Shown one piece after another: positions 1-11,043 of a DNA stretch of 32,000 nt (positions are counted from its first letter, which is position 1; each line of letters begins with the position of its first letter). The notes under the pieces were generated by a model. The model saw nothing but the letters and a program-made list of their open reading frames with translations, was not told where the DNA came from and made no database searches. The stretch comes from Candidatus Saccharimonadota bacterium. Its GTDB lineage: Bacteria; Pseudomonadota; Alphaproteobacteria; Rickettsiales; Anaplasmataceae. The stretch covers positions 210,001 to 242,000 of the forward strand of contig CP085695.1 of the NCBI GenBank assembly GCA_029715105.1. Reading direction: 5' to 3'. The translations under genes were made by a program, and so were the position numbers.

Positions 1-202
1 ATATAGGATTATGCATTTCTACATTATCGTAAAATTTTGGATCGACAATCACATGACACGTGGAACACGCAAGGGAACCATTGCATGCACCTTCAAGTAT
101 GTCTGGATTATTTCTACAGGCTAAATTGAGAAGAGTTTCTCCCTCTATAGCTTCATAACTTTTTTTATTTCCATTAGGAAAAGTAAAAAAAACTAGTGGC
201 AT
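1..202 (-). CDS. [2Fe-2S] ferredoxin, adrenodoxin/ISC type (N-terminal part; gene runs off the left edge)
   Basis: Own minus-strand translation from the ATG at 202..200: MPLVFFTFPNGNKKSYEAIEGETLLNLACRNNPDILEGACNGSLACSTCHVIVDPKFYDNVEMHNPI. The EGACxGSLACSTCHV cysteine cluster is the signature of this ferredoxin family. It is absent from the ORF track because it is truncated. Confidence 0.8.
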   Translation of the reverse strand, partial: MPLVFFTFPNGNKKSYEAIEGETLLNLACRNNPDILEGACNGSLACSTCHVIVDPKFYDNVEMHNPI

Positions 203-330
203 ATTTAATTATATATTAAGATATCAATTTTAATTGATATGCAATATAATTTGAATGCATGGATATTGCAAATTTTTTATAATAGACATCCATAACTTTA
301 TATAGTGATGTGTAAATAACATTAGAGAAA

Positions 331-1686
331 ATGCAGTTGAATAAATATAAGAATCAAAATATTGCAGTTTTTGGTCTTGGTAAAACTGGTTTATCCGTTA
401 TTAATGTTCTGATTAATAGTGGTGCGAGGGTGTATGTTTGGGATGATAGTATTGAAAAAATAATAAGTTTTAAAAAAATATATCGAATGTGTAGTTTTAT
501 TCACCCAGGTAGGTATTATTGGTCAGAGATGAGAATGCTAGTTTTAAGTCCTGGAATTCGAGTTTCATATCCAGAACATTGGATAGTAAAGCTTGCGAAA
601 AGTTATGGTTGCAAAATAAAGTCAGATATCGAGTTATTCTTTGAGGTTAAAACCGTTAATCAGAAAGTAATAGGTGTTACTGGAACGAATGGTAAATCAA
701 CTACTGTGTCGCTAATAGGACATATATTAAAATCTGCAGGAAAAAAGGTAGCCATTGGAGGAAATTTGGGTATTCCTGTTTTAGATTTAGAAGAAGATGT
801 AGAGATTTATATAATTGAGTTTTCATCTTTTCAATTAGAATTGATTGATAAAGTCAACGTAGATATTGCTATATTACTCAATATAACACTAGATCATATA
901 GATAGACATGGAAGCGTAGAGAATTATATAGCAACTAAATTAAAATTAATAAAAGGCAGCAAAATTGCTGTGATAGGATGTGATAGTGAGATTACTGCTA
1001 ATATTTTTAATAAATTTACAGGAAATAAAATTTCGATTTCAGCTTCGATGCTATATTCTTTGTTATTTCAGTGTTCTAAAGCTGAGATTCAATTATATCA
1101 TGTATGTGATATAAAAATAAATTTAGTATCTAATGCGGAAAATATAGTAGCTGCATATATTGTGTTATATAAGCTATTTAAAATAGATAATGTTATTATT
1201 GTAAATGGAATTAAATCTTTTCAGGGCCTGAGGCATAGAAATGAGATGCTTGGTAAGATAAAAAATGTGTTCTTTGTTAACGACAGCAAAGCAACTAATG
1301 TTGAATCTACCAAAAAAGCGATTTTATCTTATAAAAATATATATTGGATACTTGGTGGAAGAAGTAAAAGGGGTGGTAATATAGGGTCATTATGTAGTAA
1401 GTATTTTACGAGAATTAAGAAAGCTTTTTTAATTGGGGAATCAACGAAGATATTTGCAAGTATTATGAAGAGAAATAGAATAGATTATGTAAGATGTTTT
1501 AATTTAGAGAATGCATTTAGAATAGCTTTTAAGGAAGCTATAAGAAGCAAAGAAGAGATATTTATATTGTTTTCTCCTGCATGTTCTTCTTTTGATCAAT
1601 GGAAGAGTTTCGAAGAACGTGGCAATGCCTTTTGTAATGCATTTGAAAATTTAAAGCGTGATTATAATAATATACGTATTGTTTAA
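331..1686 (+). CDS. murD: UDP-N-acetylmuramoylalanine--D-glutamate ligase (MurD)
   Basis: 451-aa ORF. It has an N-terminal Rossmann motif (VFGLGKTGLS), a P-loop (GVTGTNGKSTT), EFSSFQLE, LNITLDHIDRHGS, YIATKLKLI (carbamyl-lysine region), GLRHRNE, NDSKATN and a C-terminal SPACSSFDQWKSFEERG. All Mur-ligase and MurD-specific motifs look intact. Confidence 0.9.
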   Translation: MQLNKYKNQNIAVFGLGKTGLSVINVLINSGARVYVWDDSIEKIISFKKIYRMCSFIHPGRYYWSEMRMLVLSPGIRVSYPEHWIVKLAKSYGCKIKSDIELFFEVKTVNQKVIGVTGTNGKSTTVSLIGHILKSAGKKVAIGGNLGIPVLDLEEDVEIYIIEFSSFQLELIDKVNVDIAILLNITLDHIDRHGSVENYIATKLKLIKGSKIAVIGCDSEITANIFNKFTGNKISISASMLYSLLFQCSKAEIQLYHVCDIKINLVSNAENIVAAYIVLYKLFKIDNVIIVNGIKSFQGLRHRNEMLGKIKNVFFVNDSKATNVESTKKAILSYKNIYWILGGRSKRGGNIGSLCSKYFTRIKKAFLIGESTKIFASIMKRNRIDYVRCFNLENAFRIAFKEAIRSKEEIFILFSPACSSFDQWKSFEERGNAFCNAFENLKRDYNNIRIV

Positions 1687-3046
1687 TAGGTATTATGTTA
1701 ATGATATGAAGCAAGATGAAATAGGTTTCGATAATTGATAAATTAATTATGGTTATTCGCTTAAAGAAGCAGTGAGTAATATAGTTTTGTTTAAGATATG
1801 TGTTGAACTTGGTTACTAATGGTTTTCATAAATTCCAGAATGGGGTTGTGATGCTTTGGAGTATATAAGTATAGAAAAAAAATTTAAATGGTAATGAAAA
1901 TTAAGTTGAAAAACTTTAATTAGAAAGTATGAAGATGCATGAACGGATAGAAGAATTATCTATTCAAACAATATTTCTTTCGGATTACGCTAGTTGCCAC
2001 AGGTTATAGAGAACTTTTTAGAAATGTTTTGTAATTTCTATGTTGCCAAATAATATATAATATTTTTAGTAAACTTTTGTATAAAACATTAACATAGTTT
2101 TTGGTATTGTTAAACGATCCAATGGATTTTAATGATTATACAAAACGTATAAGCATTGGTCTTACTATATTTCTATATATATAAGTACAATATTAGTTTT
2201 TATTAATATTCTGATTACTCAGAAGACTTTACAGATACTTTATTATTGTTCTTAATAGGATGTATTAATAATTTTATGATATTTAAGAAATTTAAGGTAG
2301 GATTTTTTTTAAGGGGTTTTTATATAGCTTTTGTATTTTTTTTCTAAATTATTTTATTCACGTTAAAATAAGGTATTGGAATGATGAAAGAAAGAACTTA
2401 ATAATGTTGTTTTGATGTACCTTTCGATTTAAATAATCAAAAAGGGATATTAGAAAAAAGTAGAAGTAATATTGATGATGAGCTTTTATATGATTTTGCT
2501 TAAAAGATTCATAATAAAATTATGACAGATTAAAGAAATAAGATATGAATATCTTAAGATAATAAAGAAGATTTTTAAGATTTCTAAAAGAAGAGGTGTT
2601 CTTGGAGATGTTATAATTATAAGTATATAGACTAGACTATATAAAAATTAAGAGAAAGAGGTAACGATGTTAAAAAGGAATGGTGTGTACTTTCAGCTTT
2701 TACAAAAATGATGGTTTGGTTTCCTTAAAGAAGATAGATAATATTGTGATGTTAAATGAGAGGTTTTGTGTAGTATAAAGAGAATATATTCTATCTAGCA
2801 TGATTTTATTTATGGAGTAGTGTATGAATTTTCATGAAAGTAGGTTTTCATAAATTTTTGAATTTTATTTTGAACACTACAAAATTAAGTAGAAGGGTAA
2901 TTTTTGAAAGTTATGAGAATATTAAGTTTTTATGTAAAATAGTGATTTCTGTAAAGATTGGATGCAAGCATGATCTAAATTTTGTTTTAAAATATTGTAT
3001 AATTAAGTATTTGTACTTTTATCTCTTAAGTAAAATGGGTGGGGGC

Positions 3047-3601
3047 TTAGGTAGTGGAAGAAGATAAAAATACTATTTTTGTTGTACCATAAGTGCGCTC
3101 TAAAAATACGTTAAAGTTTCCGTTACAATGAAAGTTTTTGTTTTTATTATTAGTTTCTATAATTATTATAGCATTTTTATTTAGCCAATTTGAATTAGCT
3201 AATTTTTTTAAAGTCGTATAGACTAGATTGCTGTTATAAGGTGGATCTATAAAAGCTATATCGCATTGTGTTATTGGCTTTGGTAATTTATAAGCACTAC
3301 AGCAGATCAGTGTAATATTATTATCAACTTTAAGATTTTTTGCAGTTTTTTTAGGAAACTGTAGATTGTGGTAATTTGAATCTATCATAAACGCGTGTTT
3401 AGCACCCCGGGAAAGTGCTTCAAAAGAAAAAGAACCACTTCCGCAGAATAAATCAAGTATATTTGAATTATAAATAGTTTTTTTTAAAGAAAGTATATTA
3501 AATATTGCTTCTCTTACTATACTCATGGTAGGACGTACTGATAAATTTCTATTTGTAGATATTTTTTTTCCACGATGTTTTCCTGCGATAATACGTAGCA
3601 T
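3047..3601 (-). CDS. rsmD: 16S rRNA (guanine966-N2)-methyltransferase RsmD
   Basis: 184 aa. MLRIIAGKHRGKKI...RPT at the N-terminus, the SAM-binding motif DLFCGSGSFSFEALSRGA, and the DPPY catalytic motif. Confidence 0.85.
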   Translation of the reverse strand: MLRIIAGKHRGKKISTNRNLSVRPTMSIVREAIFNILSLKKTIYNSNILDLFCGSGSFSFEALSRGAKHAFMIDSNYHNLQFPKKTAKNLKVDNNITLICCSAYKLPKPITQCDIAFIDPPYNSNLVYTTLKKLANSNWLNKNAIIIIETNNKNKNFHCNGNFNVFLERTYGTTKIVFLSSSTT

Positions 3602-4092
3602 ATTAAAGTTATATAAATAATTTGTTTTTGGTTAAGTATAAAAAAATAAAATACACTACAATATATTAGCTAATTTATTAATAGTAAATCTGAAGTATAA
3701 AGAGAGCATTTATTTATACAAGTTATTAGATTGTTTCGCGCTCATATCTTTAATTATATTTTTTATTTTATAGAGAATTTGAGTAACATGAATTAAGAAA
3801 AAGCTGTAAATATAAAATATATATAGATAAGACATACATTCATTTTGCTTTGTAATGAATGAACATATGTGTTATAGAGTGAGTTGTTTTATTATAAATT
3901 TAAATATTTTACAGTTGTGTAAAAAATTCACGTTTTGTAATTAAAAATTTATAAATTATATGTTATCAAGGTGAAAATAATCTTGTGCGATAATGAAATG
4001 TGGTAAGGTGATGAGAGAACAGTAGTAGAGAAGTTCTAAGTTTTTATTTCAATTAATGAAATGATCATATAAATTTCAAGTTTTATTCACAT

Positions 4093-4797
4093 TTATTTAT
4101 TAATTTTATTAATTTTTTTTACTATACTATCGATCATGTGTTTTATTCCCTGATATATAGAGCAGATACTTTCATCGCTCCGCATATAGGCGGAACAGGA
4201 GAATACATTGTGTTCTTCATCTTCTATTGATAATTCTGTATCACATTTTATGTGTTCGCCACCGAGTCTTTCTATTAACTTTTCTCTGTCATCTCCTATA
4301 GTTACTTTAATTTTGTTTCCATTTTTGTTTACTTTATTACTTAAAATGAAGACAATTATCGCTGGAGATATACATATTGCTCCTATTGGTTTTTTTGCAG
4401 TAAAAAATTCTAAAACTAATCTTTCAAATTCACGTATTACTGTTATTACTTCTTTGCTATCAGCTAAATTAGACAAATTTTTTATAACTCCATATCCTCC
4501 TGGTACAATTAACATGTCAAAGTCTTCAGCTCTAGCTTCTTTTAAGTCGTATATTTCGCCTCTTGTAATTCTTGCCGCTTCTATGAGCGTATTTCTCTTT
4601 TCTTCTGTTACTTTTTTTGTTTTATGATTTATAACTTGTGCAATATTCATATCAGGTGCAAAGCATCTAATTTCTACCTCGTGTTGATCAAGTGCTAGCA
4701 TACTTAAAACTGCTTCTTTTATTTCTGTACCGTCTAAGTGACCGCACCCAGATAAAACTATAACAGCTCTTATTTTTTTTTTTTCACCAATACCCAT
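4093..4797 (-). CDS. elbB: ElbB-type DJ-1/PfpI-family protein (isoprenoid biosynthesis / glyoxalase ElbB)
   Basis: 234 aa. VLSGCGHLDGTEIKEAVLSMLAL, CFAPD, NTLIEAARITRGEI and LIVPGGYGVIKNLSN align closely by eye with E. coli ElbB. Confidence 0.8.
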   Translation of the reverse strand: MGIGEKKKIRAVIVLSGCGHLDGTEIKEAVLSMLALDQHEVEIRCFAPDMNIAQVINHKTKKVTEEKRNTLIEAARITRGEIYDLKEARAEDFDMLIVPGGYGVIKNLSNLADSKEVITVIREFERLVLEFFTAKKPIGAICISPAIIVFILSNKVNKNGNKIKVTIGDDREKLIERLGGEHIKCDTELSIEDEEHNVFSCSAYMRSDESICSIYQGIKHMIDSIVKKINKINK

Positions 4798-5000
4798 AAA
4801 ATAACCTTTAATTTTATATCTCAGATATTGTAGTATATATTTTATTTTTGAAAAGAGTGATTATCTATTAATTTGTTATTTTTATTATTTGTTTGTTTTT
4901 AATAAAGCTCTAGTTTTTATTTATTAAGGTACTATTAAACGAAAGGAAGAGTTGAGATAATGGAAGAGTAAAAATAATTTTTATTATTTCTCATAAGGTA

Positions 5001-5018
5001 TGGAGAGATGGAGAGATG
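5001..5018. repeat. short tandem duplication (TGGAGAGA x2.25)
   Basis: Read directly: tggagaga tggagaga tg. Confidence 0.9.
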
Positions 5019-5141
5019 TATATATATTATTATTTACGCAAAACATATACAGTATGTACGACGATAAGCGGATATTTATAGAAAAGTATGAGTTTAAATT
5101 AATAAACAGTTACGAGAGTTATGTAAAATATTGTGGAGTTA

Positions 5142-5165
5142 TAACTTTCATATTAACTTTCATAT
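5142..5165. repeat. perfect 12-bp tandem duplication (TAACTTTCATAT x2)
   Basis: Read directly: taactttcatat (5142-5153), taactttcatat (5154-5165). Confidence 0.95.
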
Positions 5166-5317
5166 AGAGATTTATTGATAAAAAATTAAGTACTATGTTA
5201 AATTTTAGTTTATTGTGAAGATTTATATTTTTCTTCAAAAGAAAAGTTAAATTTGTTTGAATTTGTTAAAAGAAGTTTAATTTGTAAAGTTAGTGAAGGC
5301 TATTTGTTGTAGCTGAA

Positions 5318-5346
5318 TTGACTTCATTGGTTTAGATACTTATTAA
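5318..5346 (+). promoter_or_regulatory. candidate sigma70-type promoter for tRNA-Val
   Basis: TTGACT (5318-5323), a 17-nt spacer, then TATTAA (5341-5346). The -10 element ends 22 nt upstream of the tRNA 5' end. -10-like hexamers are common in AT-rich DNA, so this is weak evidence. Confidence 0.3.
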
Positions 5347-5368
5347 TAATACAAGTTAAATGGGTGTT

Positions 5369-5442
5369 GGGTAATTAGCTCAGTTGGTTAGAGCACTTGT
5401 CTGACGTGCAAGAGGTCATTGGTTCAATTCCAGTATTACCCA
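5369..5442 (+). tRNA. tRNA-Val (anticodon GAC)
   Basis: Hand-folded cloverleaf: acceptor GGGTAAT/ATTACCC, D arm GCTC-AGTTGGTTA-GAGC, anticodon stem CTTGT/GCAAG with loop CTGACGT (anticodon GAC), T arm ATTGG-TTCAATT-CCAGT, discriminator A. CCA is not encoded. Confidence 0.93.
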
Positions 5443-5509
5443 TTTTTACATTAAATGGATTTTATATGTTGTAATATGTAAAGTATATATTGTAGTAATA
5501 TGGGTATTT

Positions 5510-6412
5510 ATGGTACGTAATAAAAAGTATTTAGTGATGGCAGAGTCTAAATACTTAATTTATTCTATAATAATAGTTATAGTCACAATGCTCACGGAAG
5601 TGATAGGAGGAATAGTTTCGCATTCGCTCACTCTGTTATTAGATGCAGGACACATGTTAACTGATTTTTTTGTATTGCTTTTAAGTTTAATAGCACATAC
5701 TTTTTCAAGTAAGAAATCTGATTTACAAAGATCATACGGGTATCACAGATTACAAATAATTGCAGCATTTGTCAATGGTTTGATTCTATTTTTTATAGTG
5801 GCAATCATTATGATTGAATCAATAAAGAGATTTGTTTTTCCAAAAATCAACATTGAATGGCAAATAATGTTAATAGTTGCTATTTTTGGATTGATTGCTA
5901 ATGTCATAATTTTTTTTTTGTTACACAGTAAATGTAGAAGTAATATAAATATAAGAAGTGTAATATTGCATGTTACTGGGGATATTTTGAGTTCTTTAGT
6001 TGCTATATTTGCATCTGTAGTTATTATGTTTACTGGATGGCAAATAGTAGATCCGTTGTTATCAATATTTGTTAATTTAATACTATTAAATAGTGTTTAT
6101 AAAATTCTCAAGAATTCATGTCATATACTTCTTGAAGGTACACCTAAAGGTATCTCTGTTGATAAGATAAAAAACGAGATTATATTTAAGCTACCAGAAG
6201 TAATGGATGTACATCATGTACATGTATGGTCGTTATCTGATAATTATTTTATAATAACTATGCATGCTAGGATTAGACAAAGCGTACAACATACTGATAT
6301 TTTATTTGGAATAAAGAAAATATTGTTGGATAAATTTAGAATATCGCATTCTACTGTTGAGATTGAATATGGTGAGTGTGTAGATAATAAAGTACTGAAT
6401 GTTAAAATTTGA
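5510..6412 (+). CDS. cation diffusion facilitator (CzcD/ZitB-type) divalent-metal efflux transporter
   Basis: 300 aa with six predicted hydrophobic helices. It has the CDF signature SHSLTLLLDAGHMLTD, HVTGDILSS in TM5, and a C-terminal cytoplasmic domain with VHHVHVWSL. The start could instead be the M at 5537. Confidence 0.85.
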   Translation: MVRNKKYLVMAESKYLIYSIIIVIVTMLTEVIGGIVSHSLTLLLDAGHMLTDFFVLLLSLIAHTFSSKKSDLQRSYGYHRLQIIAAFVNGLILFFIVAIIMIESIKRFVFPKINIEWQIMLIVAIFGLIANVIIFFLLHSKCRSNINIRSVILHVTGDILSSLVAIFASVVIMFTGWQIVDPLLSIFVNLILLNSVYKILKNSCHILLEGTPKGISVDKIKNEIIFKLPEVMDVHHVHVWSLSDNYFIITMHARIRQSVQHTDILFGIKKILLDKFRISHSTVEIEYGECVDNKVLNVKI

Positions 6413-6572
6413 TTGTATTTATTTGAAGATGATACCATATTTTCCATTCATTTTATAAAATGAGTAGTTAAAAAGGTAGTTGAATAGGGTTTCGTTCTTT
6501 GTACTTTTATTGTTTGATACATTTGAAAATGTGCTTGATAAGAAAGTAGGTGTTTTTTTACTTTTATAATAT

Positions 6573-6592
6573 TATGATATGTATGATATGTA
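6573..6592. repeat. short tandem duplication (TATGATATG x2.2)
   Basis: Read directly: tatgatatg (6573-6581), tatgatatg (6582-6590), ta. It lies in the spacer upstream of nusA. Confidence 0.9.
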
Positions 6593-6700
6593 GGTATCGT
6601 AGTTTAATAGGGATACATTTACTTGGTTATTTTGATTAAAAATTTTTGTTCTGTTATTTATTTGTATGTTGTAGTATGGCGTAGGAAAGATATAAAAAAC

Positions 6701-6729
6701 TTGACTTAAATTAGTAAATATATAATTAT
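6701..6729 (+). promoter_or_regulatory. candidate promoter of the nusA operon (weak)
   Basis: TTGACT at 6701-6706. A perfect TATAAT at 6721-6726 gives only a 14-nt spacer. With a 17-nt spacer the -10 would be AATTAT (6724-6729). The geometry is ambiguous. Confidence 0.2.
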
Positions 6730-6798
6730 TTGGGTATTTGGGGCATTTTTCGTCTGTTGAAGCTTTGAAATTTTATTTTTTTTGTTAGGACATGTTGT

Positions 6799-8364
6799 AT
6801 GATTGTTAATCGAAAAAGCGGCGCTAAGCAGAAAAATAGCAAGAATAATTTGATCGGGAGTATCGATATAATCAAAACGGCTGGGGAACTTTCACTTCAA
6901 AAGGGTTTAGACTTTGAAGTAGTAATGAGGGCATTAGAAAGTGCAATAGAAGCAGTAGCTCTTCAAAAATATGGCAGTAAAAGTAAGATTATGGTTTCCA
7001 TAGATAGAAATACAGGTAATGTTTCTGCGTATAGAGAACTGAATGTTGTTAGCGACGAATCAAAATCAAATAAGGAAGAAGAATATAAATCAATTGCTCT
7101 TACGAAAGCTAAGTTGATAAAAGAAGATGTAAAAGTTGGGGATACTGTTAATGAATTACTTTCACTCAGTACTGATCTTGCCTCAGCAAGAATTGCGCAA
7201 CAGAAAATTGCTCAGGTAATTAGGTGTGAGGAATCAAAAAAGCAATATGAAGAATTTAAAGATAAAGTAGGAGAAATAAGATATGGTTTTGTTAAACAAG
7301 TGGAGTATTCAGATCTAATTGTAGATATAAATGGTGTTAATTCATATCTTCCGTTGCGAAATTTAATTGGTAGTGAATCTTTTCGCGAAGGCGATAAAAT
7401 TAAGGCTTATATACAAGCTGTTAGGCGTTCTGATGATGGGCGTCAGATTATCCTCTCTAGAGCTCATAAAGGTTTTCTAGAGGCGCTTTTAAGTCAAGAA
7501 ATACCAGAGATTGCTGATGGATTAGTAATAATTAAAGGTATAGCTAGAGATGCTGGTTCAAGATCTAAGGTAGCTGTTTTTTCTCCTGATAAAAATATTG
7601 ATCCGGTTGGTGCTTGTGTTGGAATTAGAGGAGATAGAATAAAAGCTATTATACATGAGTTAAATGGAGAAAAAATTGATGTAATACATTATTCTTCAGA
7701 TATTGGTCAATTTGTTATTAAGGCGATTACTCCAGCAGAAGTGTCGAAGGTTATTATTGATGAGAATGAAAATTATGTAGAGTTGATAGTTTCTGAGGAT
7801 CAATTGAGTTTGGCTATAGGGAAAAGAGGCCAGAATGTAAGGTTAGCGTCAGAACTTGTTGGATGGAAAATTGAAATATTAAGTACTCAACAGGAATCAG
7901 AAAGGCGTAGTAGAGAACTTGCTCAGTGTTCAGCTTTATTTGCTGAGGCTCTAAATTTAGAAGAAATCATGGGAAAGTTATTAGTTACAGAGGGTTTTTC
8001 AAGTGTGGAAGATATATCTAATGCCTCAATTAAAGAACTTGCTTCGATAGAGGGTTTTAACGAAGATATTGCAAATGAGTTGCATGATAGAGCAAAAAAA
8101 TATTTGAAAATGAAGAATGATAAAAAAATAGAAGAATTGAGAAATTTAGGTATGAGGGATGATGTAATTAATTTACCTTCTTTATCAATAGATGATAAAA
8201 TTATTCTTAGTAAATATGGCATTAAAACTCTAGGAGATGTAGCAGACTTGTCTAGTCATGAACTTTACAATATGCTCTCTGTTTCATCGATTAGTAAAGA
8301 AGATTTGAGAGATACAATAGATTCTATAATTATGGAAGCTCGTAAAAAACTTGGTGTGATATAA
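6799..8364 (+). CDS. nusA: transcription termination/antitermination factor NusA
   Basis: 521 aa with N-terminal, S1 and KH domains ([26 protein letters not shown]; [23 protein letters not shown]) and C-terminal acidic repeat/HhH regions. Its position directly upstream of infB is the conserved arrangement. Confidence 0.93.
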   Translation: MIVNRKSGAKQKNSKNNLIGSIDIIKTAGELSLQKGLDFEVVMRALESAIEAVALQKYGSKSKIMVSIDRNTGNVSAYRELNVVSDESKSNKEEEYKSIALTKAKLIKEDVKVGDTVNELLSLSTDLASARIAQQKIAQVIRCEESKKQYEEFKDKVGEIRYGFVKQVEYSDLIVDINGVNSYLPLRNLIGSESFREGDKIKAYIQAVRRSDDGRQIILSRAHKGFLEALLSQEIPEIADGLVIIKGIARDAGSRSKVAVFSPDKNIDPVGACVGIRGDRIKAIIHELNGEKIDVIHYSSDIGQFVIKAITPAEVSKVIIDENENYVELIVSEDQLSLAIGKRGQNVRLASELVGWKIEILSTQQESERRSRELAQCSALFAEALNLEEIMGKLLVTEGFSSVEDISNASIKELASIEGFNEDIANELHDRAKKYLKMKNDKKIEELRNLGMRDDVINLPSLSIDDKIILSKYGIKTLGDVADLSSHELYNMLSVSSISKEDLRDTIDSIIMEARKKLGVI

Positions 8365-8368
8365 TAAA

Positions 8369-10711
8369 ATGAATAGCGGGAATATTAATAGTAAAAAATT
8401 AACTCTTCAGAGTGTCAGTAAGCTTAGACTGAGCTTTGATTTGAGTCCCTCAACAGATTTGAATTTAGGAACTACGATAGTAAAAAAAAGAAAAAGAAAG
8501 TCTTATGATTCGGAAGAGCAAAGTCGGGATAAATTTGATTCCTTGACAGAGAAAGAGCAGATTTTTCGTATTAATGCTCTACAGAGAGCTACTTTATTAA
8601 AAGCAAGTAGCTCTTCCGAAGAAAAAAAAGAAATAGTAACAAAAGAGTGCAATAATGTTAATGTTAAAAAAGTTAATTCAGATAGTATTCCGAATACTTT
8701 ATTCAGAGAAATTGAGAAAAAGACTTTAAATAAAGTTGATTCAACTAGGTTGATGGGAGTAGTTTATGATGAAGATGATAGTAAAAAACCTTTGAAGGTT
8801 AATAAAGATATGTATTCTAAGCATTCTAAATTGATAATTACACAATCAATAGATAGTAAAATTGAACCTCCTATGTTTAAGCAGAGATTTGGTATAAGGA
8901 ATAGAAAATCAAATATAAAGGGTAAGAATATACCAAGGGAAGTGGTTGTACCAGATGAAATTACGGTTAAGGAATTATCAATTCGTATGGCAGAGGATAG
9001 TAAAAATGTATTAAAAATGTTAGAAGAAGAGGTTAGTAAAGATTATGAAGTGAACGATTTAATAGATCATGATATAGCATGTAAAATAGTGAAAAGGTTT
9101 AACCATATAGTTAAACAAGTAGGTGGTAATCTCAATAAAGAGAGGGATTTGTTTATTGTAAAAAATAAGGAAAGTTTATCTAAAAAAATTAGACCGCCAG
9201 TTGTTACTTTTATGGGACATGTTGATCATGGTAAAACTTCGTTACTCGATGTGTTCCGTGAGTCTAATCTTGTAGAGATGGAGTCAGGTGGAATAACTCA
9301 ACATATGAGTGCTTATCAAGTAGTTACGAAAACTGATCAAAAAATTACTTTTATTGATACACCAGGACATGAGGCATTTACTGCAATGCGTGCACGTGGT
9401 GCTAATGTTACTGATATAGTTGTAATAGTTATTGCAGCTGATGATGGAGTGATGAAGCAAACGATTGAAGCAATAAATCATGCTAAGGCGGCGGGTGTTT
9501 CTATTATAGTTGCTATTAACAAAATCGATAGATCGCAACCTAGTGATATAGAAAGAATAATTAGTAGTTTACCTCAATATGATCTCATTCCTGAGGAGCT
9601 TGGTGGTGATGTTATAGTTGTACCAGTGTCAGCAAAGAAGAAAATCAATTTGGATAAGTTAGAAGAAGCGATTTTATTTATTGCTGATTTAATGAATCTT
9701 GAGGTAGTAGAGGATTGTCGAGCATGTGGATGGGTGATGGAATCTAAAATAGATAAGGCCAGAGGTATATCTGCTATGTTAATGATTGAGGAAGGAACGT
9801 TAAAGATTGGTGATGTATTAATAGTTGGTACGATATATGGAAAAGTACGTAATATGATTAATTATCTTGGTCGGGGTGAAAAGATTGCTTTGCCTTCTAC
9901 TCCAATTGAGGTATTTGGTTTGAACAGTATACCTGATGTCGGAGATAAGTTTATTGTTGTAAATTCTGAAAAGAATGCACGTGAAATTTCTAAATATAGA
10001 TTGGAATTAATAAAGAAAGAAAAAGATAAAAATTTAATTGATAGTAATTTGGATATATTTAATTGTGACGATAGGATAAAAGAATTGCATGTAGTTTTAA
10101 AATGCGATGTAACTGGTTCTATTGAGGCGATATCAAATTCAATTGATCAACTTGGTAATAGTCAGGTAAAGTTGAATATTTTATATAAGGGAGTTGGTAG
10201 AGTAATAGATTCAGATATATTGCTTGCAGAGGCTTCTAAAGCAATAATTTTAGCGTTTAATATTAAGGTTGATTCCAAAATAAAGGATTTGGCAAAACGA
10301 AAAGGTGTAGAAATATATACTTATAGCGTAATATATGAACTTATTAATAATATGAAAATGTATTTGTTAAAAACATTAAAACCTGTAGTACAAGAAGTAC
10401 GTATCGGCACTGCTTACGTGAAGCAGATATTTAATGTATCTAAATCTTTTGGTAGTATTGTTGGGTGTTATGTAAGTAACGGAATAGTAAAGAAAGATTC
10501 TTTAATTAGAATAATACGTAATGGTAAGTTGGTACATAAGGGAAGATTGAAAGCTTTACGTAGATTTAAAGATGATGTTAAAGAAGTAGGTGAAAGTTTT
10601 GAATGTGGAATGTCTATAGAATGTTATACAGATGTTAAGATTGGGGATATTTTAGAAGTTTATCAATTGTTACAAGAAGGAAAGGAATTTTATAATGAAA
10701 AAAGAAATTAG
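8369..10711 (+). CDS. infB: translation initiation factor IF-2
   Basis: 780 aa. GTPase motifs [29 protein letters not shown] and SAK. The Lys/Ser-rich N-terminal region is low-complexity. Confidence 0.95.
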   Translation: MNSGNINSKKLTLQSVSKLRLSFDLSPSTDLNLGTTIVKKRKRKSYDSEEQSRDKFDSLTEKEQIFRINALQRATLLKASSSSEEKKEIVTKECNNVNVKKVNSDSIPNTLFREIEKKTLNKVDSTRLMGVVYDEDDSKKPLKVNKDMYSKHSKLIITQSIDSKIEPPMFKQRFGIRNRKSNIKGKNIPREVVVPDEITVKELSIRMAEDSKNVLKMLEEEVSKDYEVNDLIDHDIACKIVKRFNHIVKQVGGNLNKERDLFIVKNKESLSKKIRPPVVTFMGHVDHGKTSLLDVFRESNLVEMESGGITQHMSAYQVVTKTDQKITFIDTPGHEAFTAMRARGANVTDIVVIVIAADDGVMKQTIEAINHAKAAGVSIIVAINKIDRSQPSDIERIISSLPQYDLIPEELGGDVIVVPVSAKKKINLDKLEEAILFIADLMNLEVVEDCRACGWVMESKIDKARGISAMLMIEEGTLKIGDVLIVGTIYGKVRNMINYLGRGEKIALPSTPIEVFGLNSIPDVGDKFIVVNSEKNAREISKYRLELIKKEKDKNLIDSNLDIFNCDDRIKELHVVLKCDVTGSIEAISNSIDQLGNSQVKLNILYKGVGRVIDSDILLAEASKAIILAFNIKVDSKIKDLAKRKGVEIYTYSVIYELINNMKMYLLKTLKPVVQEVRIGTAYVKQIFNVSKSFGSIVGCYVSNGIVKKDSLIRIIRNGKLVHKGRLKALRRFKDDVKEVGESFECGMSIECYTDVKIGDILEVYQLLQEGKEFYNEKRN

Positions 10712-11039
10712 GAATTTAAAAATAGCGTCTGTATTGCATAAGGCGATATCAAGAGTTTTGATGGAGGGTAAGGTTTTATTAGATAAAGATGTGATAATAT
10801 CTAAAGTAAGGTTGAGTAAAGACCTTAAAAAAGCAGATGTATATGTAGTTTTGTCTTCATTGAGAAAAAGGGGTCATGATGATGTCATTATCAATGAGAT
10901 TAATAGGTCTGCATGGTTGATACGAAGATTTGTGTTGTGTTATGTTGATTTGCGATTTATTCCGGAGTTATTTTTTAAAACCGATTTGGGATTTAGTAAT
11001 TTTATTAAGGTAAGCAAGATATTAAATAATCGTACATAA
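10695..11039 (+). CDS. rbfA: ribosome-binding factor A
   Basis: 114 aa, overlapping the infB 3' end by 17 nt, which is the conserved infB-rbfA position. The N-terminal [17 protein letters not shown] pattern is typical of RbfA. Confidence 0.8.
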   Translation: MKKEIRNLKIASVLHKAISRVLMEGKVLLDKDVIISKVRLSKDLKKADVYVVLSSLRKRGHDDVIINEINRSAWLIRRFVLCYVDLRFIPELFFKTDLGFSNFIKVSKILNNRT

Positions 11040-11043
11040 AATT

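Noticed and set aside
221-240. 9-bp inverted repeat ATATCAATT-tt-AATTGATAT between the ferredoxin gene and murD
   Set aside because: My rough expectation for 9-bp arms with short spacers at this composition is several per window, so it is not distinguishable from chance without conservation data.
1821-1834. 14-mer GGTTTTCATAAATT repeated at 2843-2856
   Set aside because: At this base composition, tens of 14-mer coincidences are expected in 32 kb across both strands, and the flanks do not extend the match.
2834-3067. 77-aa ORF at the end of the murD-rsmD spacer
   Set aside because: It has no motif and an odd composition, and its 3' end overlaps the rsmD stop region on the opposite strand. 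It ends in a G-rich stretch that is better explained as spacer sequence.
4208-4627. 139-aa ORF antisense to elbB. The same class of track ORFs occurs at 6244-6447, 7923-8222, 9284-9538, 11058-11297, 19907-20098, 25745-25933, 26026-26385, 26605-26805, 27710-28024, 28354-28659, 29652-29900 and 30031-30306.
   Set aside because: All lie antisense to, or in an alternative frame within, or mostly within, strongly supported conserved genes. Their products are low-complexity Ser/Ile/Phe/Leu-rich strings with no recognisable motifs. These are shadow ORFs.
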